Assembly: GCA_001687465.1 (NCBI GenBank)
Contig: LVLI01000294.1
Coordinates: 1-64,000, forward strand
Direction: 5' to 3'
DNA: 64,000 bases
Origin: Halocafeteria seosinensis
Taxonomy: Eukaryota
Positions 1 to 10,646 of the stretch are shown piece by piece. Made by a program: the position numbers and the translations under genes. The notes beneath the pieces are model-generated. The model saw only the letters and a program-made list of their open reading frames with translations. It ran no database searches and was not told the origin of the DNA. How positions within the stretch are numbered: position 1 is the first letter of the stretch; each line of letters opens with the position of its first letter.

Positions 1-834
1 CCACTTAACTGTTAGGCATGCGCCTTCGTCAACTCCCGACAAGTCAACCTCTAAACTGGCCAATGCCAACACATCGGCAGATGCACTCATTGTAGCAACT
101 GTTCGCACAACTGCAAGCCTAACTGCTGATGCCCACATGAACTTGGCGCTGCCCAAAACGAAGTAAGTAAACGCTCTCTTGTTAGTTTGCTCTCCGGGTG
201 GAAGCCTGGCCTTCTCAAAGTAATTATCCACGGAGCCATAATCCAATCCAACTGATTCCAATGCTTTATCGGAGGAAGCAGCATTGGACATATTGGCTGC
301 GACAACGAACAAACAGAATTGTCAAAATACGTGACTGAAAGAATCTACCAGGAATCCTCAAGAACACGAGTGGGGCCAGTTCCCCCTTCAACCTCTGTTC
401 CGCCGTTTGCCCCCTTGGTCCTCCCTCCTGATGCTTTTTGTTATTTTCGCGCCCTTCACGTTCCCTTTGGAGGCTCCAGACAGTCATAGTACGATTATTT
501 TTTTTTCCACCTAATAATAGCGCGCTTCCCATTAAAGATAACGACATAACGGCACCAATGGCGAGTATTCACGACGAGAGAAACCGAAGCAAAAGCCAAG
601 CAAATGAGCGTAGAATGCGCCACGCTGCCTTCCAGTAACCCAGCTCTCTTCCCTCATGCGTTCTCGTTCATTTCCAATGCGCACAACCGGAACACTCGAC
701 TTACCTGTATGTGAGTGATACTGCATGCAGCCTGTGTTGCTCAAATTATTCGCCACGGCGGCCAATGGCGTCGCCACGGAGTTCTGACGAGCCACGGCGG
801 AGAGCCCTTGCCTCAGCATCTTTGTCGACAGCAT
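1..834 (-). CDS. UQCRFS1: Cytochrome bc1 Rieske iron-sulfur protein, mitochondrial precursor (3' part runs off the window)
   Basis: Exon 1 (834-705) is a mitochondrial presequence MLSTKMLRQGLSAVAR. A 408-nt GTAAGT..GCAG intron (704-297) follows. Exon 2 reads in frame to KRAFTYFVLGSAKFMWASAVRLAVVRTVATMSASADVLALASLEVDLSGVDEGACLTVKW, the typical Rieske TM and hinge. Confidence 0.95.
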
Positions 835-1106
835 TTTAGGCGATTAACAATATTCCCCTAAGATGCAACAGGTGAGTACCTACGTGAGATTAAAACCACA
901 ATAGTACACTGCACGACACTAGATTATCAATCACATCAATACTGCAAAGACTACTAAAATACAGCTCGTTAAGTGGTATAAACACTATAAACCCTAGTAT
1001 TAGCTAATGTGATTGGATTGGGTAGCCCAGAAACTACGCGAATGGTTCATCATGTGGCATTGTTGATTTGTGTGTTCCAGAGAACGGAAACAGACAAGCG
1101 GGAAAG

Positions 1107-1642
1107 ATGAAAGCGACACCAGCACTCATGGGCAAATTCAGTCGAAGGCAGTTTATTCGAGCTCCTCTTAACCCTAAGCAGGCGAATAAGAGTACGTTTG
1201 TCTGAGCATGTCACTCCTTTATGTTGGCTTGAATACTGAGAGGGGTCACATTTCGTGGTGTGCAGATTTTTACAAAGGTAAAGGAGGCAGAAGGACGGGT
1301 GTACACACTAGCAAGGGTAAGTCTCACCCGTAATTGAGATGTTACTTTGATAGGATGCTTGATCAGTGTGGTCTGTCTTGTTGTGGGACCAGGTGGATTT
1401 CATATACAAGAGCACAAGAAAATGGAGATAATTGCCCCGGACCTCAGTGGCTTTAAAGTAAGGAAACATGCTTCGCATGTGCTCATTCCGGTATATCCTT
1501 ACTAAGCTTGTGCTAATGTGCGCAGCTGAAACCCTACGTATCTTTACACACTCCTCATGTTAAAGTAGCTCCTCATGACCAGTTTCGTGAGAGCCATGAT
1601 CAAATAGAGCGGAAACATATTTCAGAAAATGAGGGACGGTGA
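1107..1642 (+). CDS. MRPL41: Mitochondrial ribosomal protein mL41 (4 exons, absent from ORF track)
   Basis: Exons 1107-1191, 1266-1316, 1393-1457 and 1526-1642 with GT-AG introns give PLNPKQANKNFYKGKGGRRTGVHTSKGGFHIQ...IIAPDLSGFKLKPYVS, the mL41 signature. Confidence 0.92.
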
Positions 1643-2324
1643 ATGGCAACGGATTGACAACTTGCATGCTACTGGAAGAGTGGCTTAAGTCGACACTGTT
1701 CAATAGCCTGAGGTTTAAATCCTGAGAAACGAATAGCGAGCGGAAGTGTCACATTTCTTCTACGAAAAAGGATAAAAGAAGAGATCAAAACCAGCCACAC
1801 CCAGCGATGCCGCTGGAGGTAGTAGCTATCAACCGGTTTTGTTTCACAACAGAGCGAAGTACGATAGGCTTGATTGTCTGCATTGCATCACGTTACGGGA
1901 TTCTTCTGTCCATCGTTACCATTTCTTACTGGAATTCTTGTAGTAGCTTAGAAGAATGTATAACCAGCTCGAGAGTGTTGTAGTATGGCGCACACAAGTA
2001 ACATGATAGCTTCTGACGCTATACCATAGCATTCACACCACGTCCTACCGGCTATACGGGGGAACTTTAGTTATTCTTGGATTGCGTGTTTGCTTACGTT
2101 GAAGCTGAGCTGCTGAGATGAAGGGGGAGACCGGTTGAAGTTAATCGTCCATCTCATGGAGGAAGTCCCTCCTACGCTTCTTACCGTGTGGATTGGTTCT
2201 GTCAGGTGCTTTGACGACTAGTTTTTCCCGAACTGGTGCTTCGTGCACTGTATTTCCTGATCTTTTGGGTTTCTCCACCTGCGTGAAGTTTTTTGCCTTC
2301 AGGTCAACTTCAAAGGGAAAAAAG

Positions 2325-3308
2325 ATGTTGAATCGCCTTCGACAAGCTATGTCCGGGGACAAACAGGACGACGCCGGTCGTAGAGCAGGCGATAACGCCG
2401 AGGAGGACGGTGCCCCATCGTTGGAGGAGATTGGAGGGAAGATGAAGAATGGTCTGGAGAAAATCGATGAGGACTTGAGCCAAATTGGTGAGTTTTCTTT
2501 ACAATGGGGTTTTTGTCTCACACAATCTAAGTCTGCAAGATGTTTGGTCACAGATTTACTCAATCAGGCCTCCGAAAAAACTGGAATCAAGAGACTGTAC
2601 TTGTCGACCGGAATACTCTTTCTCATTTTGTTCGCGCTCTTCACTGGTTTTGGAGCTGGGTTCATTGTGTAAGCAGTTGTTAAGACACACCTTGGGGTCC
2701 CAAAAAAGTTATTTTTTGGAATTTGTCTCTAGTATTTCAGAAATCTCGTAGGCTTCGCATATCCTGCGTTTATGTCGTTTAAGGCATTGGACACCAAAGA
2801 CCGAAACGACGATTCGCAATGGTACGTGCCGCTTTGGTCGGGGACAGGTTCTTGGGAATAGTTTTCACGTTGCGATTGCAGGCTTACGTACTGGATTTGC
2901 TTTGCCTTCCTCAATCTTTTTGAAACTGTGGGTGGCTTGGTTCTCTCTTTTATACCCTTCTACAATGGCCTCAAGTGTATTTTTCTGTTTTATCTGTTTC
3001 TGCCCCAAACAAAGGTGCGTATTGGGCACTGTATGCCTTACACCCATTTGACACACATATATGCTCACTACTAACAGGGCGCTGATTTCGTTTACCATCA
3101 ATTCGTTGAGGGCTTTTTTAAGAAACATGAAAGTACCTTCAGTCACCACATAAGTCAGTTTAGTGAAGGTGGCTCCCGAGTTGCCAGCACCGTTCGGGAG
3201 GTGGCCGAAGAGAAGATCACTCGGAGCGCCTTGTCAAGTGGTGCCCCCCAACCCGAGTATTGCGACAGTGAAGATGATGATGACCATGCCGATAAAAAAG
3301 ACAAGTAG
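2325..3308 (+). CDS. REEP/DP1/Yop1 (TB2/HVA22) ER-shaping protein, 5 exons
   Basis: Spliced product contains NLVGFAYPAFMSFKALDT..DDSQWLTYW...IPFYNGLKCIFLFYLFLPQTKGADFVY. Confidence 0.9.
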
Positions 3309-3418
3309 GAGTCCTGTATTAAATGTAACACATACAGTTTATTTTCTTTTCCCACTTGTACACAATATATATAGGATCAATCAGAGCCATAACATGCAAA
3401 AAGATTGTCCAATGCATA

Positions 3419-6400
3419 CTAGGTGTGCTTGAACATGTGAATGGTATCATCAAACTGAGTAAACTTGGTGCGAAGACTGGAGATAATCAGGCTCCGAAAA
3501 TGGGAGTGTGCTTCCTCCTCAGACAGATCTAGTCGCAATTTGTCCCTCACCCAGTCAACGTCCGAGGGGCTTTGTAGCTCCGGGAGTCCCGCTGATACCA
3601 TCAAACTGAACAATGTTATCAGCAGATCGGCATGCCTGCGCATGATATTGTATGCTCTACCAGCATACTTTACGAAACGTTCGAAGGCAGGACCTGACTC
3701 GCCGTCCAACACTTGCGCCATAGCAGGTGTGAATCTAAAAGGCGACCGCTCCCTATTCACCCCTAACTTAGACTTGAAATTACCAAGGAAGTGGCCGAAA
3801 TCAATGTGAAAGAAGGTTCCATCGCGCTTCAGCATATAGTTATCAGAATGGCGATCACCTATCCCCATCACATAGGTCGCTACACAGTACCCTGCGCAAG
3901 ACCTAGCGAACCGATCCTGAGCAGCGTACCACGCCTTCGTCATTTGTTCACTATTCGCAGGCAAGCGCAGGTCCTCAGGTTTGTCTAGCGACGAGCCTTG
4001 ACTATAGCCTCTTAACAAGGACGTGCGTCGATTGGTCAAAGGAGACGACCTGGTAGGCTCATGGGGTTTCGTCTGAGCCCCTACGGAGCTAGCTCTTTGA
4101 AGGGAGGTTCTACCACCGTCATGCAAAGGGTTGTCGACGTCCCATTCGCTGAATGAGTTGCTATCCGACCTGGAGTAAGTGCGAGGGGCTAATTGTGCGC
4201 AATGTTCTTCTACTTGACGCTTTAGCCACTCCCGTACCAGGTTATTCTGGTATACTCGCTTCCCTGCTTTTAATTTCGAGAAAAAACTACTCTGCTTCCT
4301 CTTTAGTGGTTTTGTTGATGACTCTGAATTCAAAGATGCTTCAGTCCCAGACGGGGGGCTGTCAGATTCCACAGAGCCTGTCTCCTGCAGGTCAGTAGTT
4401 GTAAACCCCCTCTGACGTCCCACCGCACTGCTCTCGCTAACGCTGGAGTGATTCGAGTCTTCTCTTTCCAACCCTGAAGAATTCGAGGGCATCCCAATAA
4501 TACTCGCAAACGTCTCACTATTCTCGACGACCTCCAGCACACCAACATCTAGCCCTGTGGCAACGCATTCATACGCACTCATACAGAGATCTAAGCCCTC
4601 ACTCTTCCACAGACGGTCCATAATTCTAATCAACTGGAGAGTTAACTGGTCTTGGCGTAAATCATCCCCGTTCTTGAAAATGACAGTAAAATGGCTTGCC
4701 CTCGAGCGGCTGAGTTCTGTTGAAGCAACATCGCCTCCACCATCGGAGTCCACAGATGAAGCGGAGCCCCTCGTAGGTCGTGATGGTTGAGTATCATGTC
4801 CAATGAGTGAAAGCCACAAAGGAACCTTTTTACTTCCCATGACCTTGCATTTATTAACCACAAATTCTTGAGCTGCGAAAGACGGACGAATTGGCAACTG
4901 AAACTTGCTTGGCCACAGAGTTCCAGAAATTCCCTGTTTGGCGGTATCATTCATCGACCGTCGAGTGCCCTTCGCTTCAATGACTTGTTCCGAAATTCTA
5001 TACAGTTTCTCGATAACATAGGACTGATGCCCCAGCACCAACCGGTGGGATCCACAGTATCTCATGTATAAGTCAAGGATCATGCTGAAACGCCGCGCAA
5101 TATCAATATTATGCAGTTCTGCGTGCAAGTACCAGTATAGTTCGTGTCCAAGGAGGCGCGGGCGGAGCAAAGCACGTCTAAGTAAGAATCTTGACAGTGC
5201 AGAGTCATCAAAGGGTTCGTACTTAAGCACTTGTGTTAACTGCAGCAGATATAACGCTAAATCTTCGTCAGGAAGGTTTTCTAAGCAAGCAACGGCGTAC
5301 GCTCGAACATTAGGGTCGGGAAACTGGGCATCGAGTAATTGCAAAGCCGTCAGAGGTCCAGGTTGAGCCCACACACGCAACAGTCGATACATCTCCAGCA
5401 CGTTCGTCCGATTTCCCCAATTAACAGATTTCAGAACTTTTGGAAGTGCGCGAGGGTGGTTTATCAAGACGAACCTGTACCCCCATAGCAACTGTTGCTC
5501 TTCCGGAGAGATTTCAGCCAGAGGGTCGCGACGAATGATTTCATCAACAGCGGCGTCCAGTTCCGTGGTCGAGTAGTCCAACGGAGTAGAAGTGTTGGAG
5601 TGGCCGATTACTGTATCGTGGTCTGCAAATATAATATCTTTATTGCGAGGCGACCTATTCCGGAACTCCACATCCAATATCACCGGAAATGCTTCATGGC
5701 GATTCTGCAGGGTGGTGACCATGGGGTGAGGACATGATCCAAGCCACAAGTACAATCTCATTTTTCCATTGACCAAAGATTTATCCGCGGAGAACAAATT
5801 GCAACCAGCCCAGGCGACGTCGTTGCCATTCAATTTCACCTGAAATATCATACGCGCAGCTTTTGGGAGTTCTCGGATTCTTTTTGAGAGCTCAGTACAA
5901 CTTTCGAACTCCCCATTGAGAACATGGGTGTAGTTAGCAAAAGACGGTTCTTGACCCGCTCGTAAGCATTTTCCTATAGTAGCGGTGGCGTAAGTATAAC
6001 CTTTGCAGGAAGACACAAATTCGGAGGTAGAATGGGCACGCTTGGGACTATTTCCGTCACTGTCGGCGCGGTTGTCTGTGTATGAGCGTTGACGCGATTC
6101 GCCTCCCCCATAACAATTTTCCGGTAGTGTGCTAAAACTCCTTCGTCGGCCCTGCGAAGTAGGAGATGGTTCATCACCCTGAAATGCCGCCACAGCGGAG
6201 GCATGCGGAATCTTCTTGACACTATTGCCTTTAGCTTCGACGGGATCACACAACAGTGTCTTGCCATGGTACAGGCCACAAGAAACGGTGAGAGTATCCT
6301 TCCGCGAAAATGTCTTACCCAAAAACGAGCGAGAACCGCCTGCCTTGGTTAAGGGCAAGTTCTGAATGCTGTGAACAACCACCTGAAGGTTGGTATCAAC

Positions 6401-8290
6401 CATCCACGTTGGACAGCTCTCATTACTTTCTGAACGATCACTGAAATAAACTGACCCTAACTGGTTCCCAATAGATGACAAAATCTCCAGGTCACTCTGC
6501 GTGAAACCTCCACTTCGCTTGTTGCTAACCTCTAAGACACCCACTATGTTTGCGCCTTTGCTCCCACTGCCACTAACAGGGTAGCACAAAAGACTGCGCG
6601 TATGTCGGCCTTGGACATAATCCACTTCGGGACTGAAGGTCGGATCAGATTGGGTATCACTGACGATACTAGCCGACCCAGAATGGATAACAGACGCCAC
6701 TACACCCTTCATTGGCACTTCTACACCATTCAAATCATACGAGCTTCGCATGATCAACATTTCTCGTCCCTCAACTGGCGTATAGAAGCAAACATGTTCA
6801 GAATCAAAAACTTTACATGAAGTAGAAAGCAAGCGACCCAAAACCTCTGTAAAGTCTAATTCTGGCGAGAAACAAGACATTAGCTCCAGTAGGGCAATAT
6901 CAAACGTTGCTGATCCGTGGTCAGCTAGATCAATTGAGTTGTTGCTAGTGGACGTCAGGGCACTGCCAAAATCTTCCAGCACCGAAGGATCAGATCCTAT
7001 TCCCACTGACTCAGCCGAATAACGAGAGGGTGATACGCCCTCGGCATCACCACGATATCGACTTCTCTCTGTGGCTTGTTTTCGAATTGAAAAATGGTAA
7101 GCAACATGCAGGAATTCCCTGATGTGGCGCTCAATACCGGATTCTGCTGTGTTCCCATAGCGTGTTATGTGAAGTCGGAGAACCGGCCGAGTCTCTGCCA
7201 TGACAGTATCGAAGAGTAGACGAGATATTACAATACAGCGCACCTTAGTCCGTGCAACGCATGTTGCACTCCGTTCACATCGAAGCAAGACTCCTCGTTC
7301 CCCGAAGAATTGGCCTCGAGAAACAGATGCTACTTTGTACCCATACGGCGATTTCGGGTCTGAACGCTGACTTGGTGACGCACAGGCCTCTTGGCTTTGG
7401 AATACATCAACGGTTCCTCGCTCGATAATAAACATACTATCTGAAGAATCACCCTCTTTAACAATTACGGAAGATTTGTCGAACACTTGAATGCTACATT
7501 CTTTCACGAGCCTGATCAACTGAATTGGCTTCAATGTGTGCATCAGAGGTACCGAAATAAGGAAATTTACGATTCTCTCTTGGGTTGAAGTCCGAAGATG
7601 CCCTGCCGGAGAAGACAGCGACGCACACGAAGGGCTTCGTTGAAATCGGGATGCGAATGTTTCGCGGGCATGAACGGATGTGTCGATAGTCAGATTACCG
7701 CGCCCCAACATCCCTTGTTCTTCCGTTTGTTCTTCATGATACTCTTCCTCGCTGTGCACACTAATCGAAAGACTTTCTGTTTCACTCGTGTCGTCAGAAT
7801 TACATTCAATGGAGGCATCATCGTCTTCAGAATATTGCTGAAACTCTCCTTCCGAATCCCCATACGGGTCCTGTGCATTGGTGCTGTCCTGACGACGCAA
7901 TTCAGTGCCATGCTTCTCCTCGTTCTTTTTGGCCATAAGAACATCAGCATACTCAGCTTCAATGGGATCCTGAGCAGCAGTGGAAGAAGATATTGGGCGA
8001 CCACTGGAAACTGTCTGGTAATCGTAGGTCGAGCCATTAAGGGACACTGTCCGCGACCCCAAAGGAGTGCCTTGGGAATGGCCATTCACAGCGTAGCGTT
8101 CCACTCGCAAGACCGAGCTGTCTTTGGTCCGACTCCCATTGGCAGCAGGGGCTGAGTAGGCCGATGCACCACCCGGAGAGTTGCCATCTGTCCCAGGACT
8201 GCTCGCTATCCCATCTTGGTGTATTTTCCCGTGGACCTCCGTCGCGTTCGGACAAGGTGGTGGACGACGTTGCGGAGATCTCATGGACAT
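3419..8290 (-). CDS. Class I-like phosphoinositide 3-kinase with N-terminal cNMP-binding and GAF domains (intronless, 1623 aa)
   Basis: CNB cassette FFGERGVLLRCERSAT; GAF motif VLEVSNKRSGGFTQSDLE; C2 region (IRELPKAARM); PIK helical domain (LLQLTQVLKYE); kinase motifs FKNGDDLRQD, GIGDRHSDN and HIDFGHFLGNFKSKLGVNRERSPF. Confidence 0.93.
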   Translation of the reverse strand: MSMRSPQRRPPPCPNATEVHGKIHQDGIASSPGTDGNSPGGASAYSAPAANGSRTKDSSVLRVERYAVNGHSQGTPLGSRTVSLNGSTYDYQTVSSGRPISSSTAAQDPIEAEYADVLMAKKNEEKHGTELRRQDSTNAQDPYGDSEGEFQQYSEDDDASIECNSDDTSETESLSISVHSEEEYHEEQTEEQGMLGRGNLTIDTSVHARETFASRFQRSPSCASLSSPAGHLRTSTQERIVNFLISVPLMHTLKPIQLIRLVKECSIQVFDKSSVIVKEGDSSDSMFIIERGTVDVFQSQEACASPSQRSDPKSPYGYKVASVSRGQFFGERGVLLRCERSATCVARTKVRCIVISRLLFDTVMAETRPVLRLHITRYGNTAESGIERHIREFLHVAYHFSIRKQATERSRYRGDAEGVSPSRYSAESVGIGSDPSVLEDFGSALTSTSNNSIDLADHGSATFDIALLELMSCFSPELDFTEVLGRLLSTSCKVFDSEHVCFYTPVEGREMLIMRSSYDLNGVEVPMKGVVASVIHSGSASIVSDTQSDPTFSPEVDYVQGRHTRSLLCYPVSGSGSKGANIVGVLEVSNKRSGGFTQSDLEILSSIGNQLGSVYFSDRSESNESCPTWMVDTNLQVVVHSIQNLPLTKAGGSRSFLGKTFSRKDTLTVSCGLYHGKTLLCDPVEAKGNSVKKIPHASAVAAFQGDEPSPTSQGRRRSFSTLPENCYGGGESRQRSYTDNRADSDGNSPKRAHSTSEFVSSCKGYTYATATIGKCLRAGQEPSFANYTHVLNGEFESCTELSKRIRELPKAARMIFQVKLNGNDVAWAGCNLFSADKSLVNGKMRLYLWLGSCPHPMVTTLQNRHEAFPVILDVEFRNRSPRNKDIIFADHDTVIGHSNTSTPLDYSTTELDAAVDEIIRRDPLAEISPEEQQLLWGYRFVLINHPRALPKVLKSVNWGNRTNVLEMYRLLRVWAQPGPLTALQLLDAQFPDPNVRAYAVACLENLPDEDLALYLLQLTQVLKYEPFDDSALSRFLLRRALLRPRLLGHELYWYLHAELHNIDIARRFSMILDLYMRYCGSHRLVLGHQSYVIEKLYRISEQVIEAKGTRRSMNDTAKQGISGTLWPSKFQLPIRPSFAAQEFVVNKCKVMGSKKVPLWLSLIGHDTQPSRPTRGSASSVDSDGGGDVASTELSRSRASHFTVIFKNGDDLRQDQLTLQLIRIMDRLWKSEGLDLCMSAYECVATGLDVGVLEVVENSETFASIIGMPSNSSGLEREDSNHSSVSESSAVGRQRGFTTTDLQETGSVESDSPPSGTEASLNSESSTKPLKRKQSSFFSKLKAGKRVYQNNLVREWLKRQVEEHCAQLAPRTYSRSDSNSFSEWDVDNPLHDGGRTSLQRASSVGAQTKPHEPTRSSPLTNRRTSLLRGYSQGSSLDKPEDLRLPANSEQMTKAWYAAQDRFARSCAGYCVATYVMGIGDRHSDNYMLKRDGTFFHIDFGHFLGNFKSKLGVNRERSPFRFTPAMAQVLDGESGPAFERFVKYAGRAYNIMRRHADLLITLFSLMVSAGLPELQSPSDVDWVRDKLRLDLSEEEAHSHFRSLIISSLRTKFTQFDDTIHMFKHT

Positions 8291-9032
8291 GACGACCCCA
8301 CGTAAGCTAAACTACCTAAAAAATAGTAACGTGCTAGACTAATACATCCATAGCACCCATCTAAGCCCTGCAAAGTGACAAAGCCAGGTGTATACGCTTG
8401 AAATTGCAGCAGAATCGAGTGATCAGTAGCGCTCTTCCCACTGCTCCATGACAACTCAATGGACACGCTTGCAGTCGAAACAATACAATTTCTCCTTGGT
8501 GATCCTCGGTTCGTCTTGGAAGAGTTATTACGGCCGTATGAGCCAATGGAAGCGCATGAGATCAACCACAAAACTACAAAAAGGGTAATTCAGGGGGAGT
8601 CTTAAACAGCTTCACTTACGTTGCTATCTTTCTCCCCGACAATCTATAAGACCACCTCAAACGATACCAGATAAACAATAAGAGGAAAAATTGCTTGTTC
8701 TGTACACTGAGACAGAGTGACAAACGAGCAATGGACCGAAAGGAATTTGTCCGCCGTGATTGCCTCGGTCAACGGAAGTACACAATAAATGCCTGGCTTA
8801 TTTCAGCTGATGTACGAGCAATTCCAAACTGAATAGCACCTACCATATCAAATCTTCGTAAAATATCAAAATTACAAAGAGGAGACTGTCCCTCCTTCTG
8901 GTGGAATATCCACTGCGACCGGGGCGAATTCCCGCCGCATCTGGTCCCAAGTTGAAGGGAAGAGCGGGGTTTTGAGAAGAAACCTTTTCCGCAACCAAAG
9001 GGCGGGAATCGTGGTTTTCGTGCGTCGATTCG

Positions 9033-9074
9033 TCGAAACAGGTGGTGAGGGAATACTCGAAACAGGTGGTGAGG
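9033..9074. repeat. 18-bp direct repeat TCGAAACAGGTGGTGAGG x2 (24-bp period)
   Basis: Seen directly in the region upstream of the PI3K gene. Confidence 0.8.
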
Positions 9075-9524
9075 AATTAAGACGGGACAAACGCTCTCCA
9101 TCCAAGGGAGATGGAGCGATTTGTGGAGGATGGACCACCCTGACGTCATGGTTGAAGCATGGCAGTCGGGGAGCTAACCGGACACATTAACTTTGGCTCC
9201 AAATCGATGAGAACAGTGCCGCAAGTGCATTCAACGTTGGGGACACGAACTTTTGAAATGGCGTGTGGGAAATTGTTGAAATATCGTTATCATATCAGGT
9301 TGCAGAGCAAACAGTCTACAGCTTAATTGATGTTGCAAACGGAGACTCTCGTTGCTACCTACGAAGATTGTACCTGAGTGCTTATTTCGCTCTCACAAGT
9401 GAAGTCATCTAACCTATGCTTTTCCACGCCATGCGTGGCAGCAAGAACGAGTGTCATGAACTAGCTGTGGGCATGTAGTACCGATAGGGTACCAAATACT
9501 GTATGTCCGGGGAACTTGGATTAA

Positions 9525-10389
9525 TTACGCCCGGTCATCCTCATCAGGTCGCGCTTTTCCTTGTAGACGTAAGAGCTCCAAATTGCTTTCATTGGCATCC
9601 ATCTCATCCTGCTTGTCAATGCGGGCACGACAAATCCAAGTGAATAAGGATTTCAGAGGGTCAGAAGACACTACACCGTAATTGTTAACGCACCTTTACG
9701 AACTGATTGTTTGTGTAGATACACATGTTAGCGGCGATTTCCATCGATCGCTCCGCGATCTCCATAGCAGTAGCATCAGATGACATCAGAGCACGCGCCG
9801 CCGCCGTGGCATAGTCGCCACCGCTTCCAATGGCGAGAACACCATCTACCGGTTCGATGACATCTCCCATTCCGGTTACCTCTAATGTGACATCCTTGTT
9901 TGCTACAATCATCGCGGCTTCCAGACGTCGTAGGTACTTTTCTGTTCTCCAGTCCTTGGCCAATTCCACGCAAGCACGCATCAGTTGGTTGGAGTAAGTG
10001 TCGAGTTTCCCCTCAAGTCTTTCCATTAACGTCATCGCATCAGCTGTGGCACCTGCGAATCCTACGATGACGTCTTCTCCCACTCGTCTAACTTTCACGG
10101 CGTTTGGCTTCATAACCACAGATCCTTGTGTCATCTGTCCATCGCCTACGACGGCGACTTTTCCTCCTTTTCGTACACTCAAGATCGTCGTAGCATAGCG
10201 CGGCTGTAAGTACGACGACGAGGACTGAGACTGAAAATAATACGGCTGATGATAAGGGCCTCCAGATGCTGAAGACAGCGATCGTGTCTGGTACCCCAGA
10301 GAAGCTGGTGCAGCTGCAGCAGCCAAAGGAGCTGTCCTCGAAATCGTGGACGGTAGACCCTTGCTCAAGCTTCTCGAGATGAGGCTCAT
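9525..10389 (-). CDS. hslV: Mitochondrial HslV/ClpQ threonine protease subunit
   Basis: Presequence followed by mature N-terminus [39 protein letters not shown] and CIYTN motifs. Intron at about 9693-9609, last exon DEMDANE...DRA*. Confidence 0.95.
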
Positions 10390-10646
10390 TTTTGTTTCTA
10401 TCTGATATATATACAGAGATGTGTTGAAATAACCAAATACTGACTAATGTATAATGGAATATATGCTTATTTATTTTGATGATGTAGCAGAACAAAACAA
10501 ACTGCAATGCGTGTAGTCTGGGTTCTACCCATGCATTGAAGTTCCGCCCCCCCAGTGTTACCCAGTGTCTGTCAAATTGTCAGAAGGGAGGATGGCAATT
10601 TGTAACTCGACAGGCGGGTCATTCGTGATGATGCAAGCGTGCGGAC

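Noticed and set aside
3465..8255. Numerous antisense and alternate-frame ORFs of 60-220 aa here and within other long genes
   Set aside because: They are shadow ORFs of real CDSs with no domain features.
8769..9190. Short overlapping ORFs upstream of the PI3K gene
   Set aside because: No recognisable motifs or splice support; probably leader or promoter sequence.
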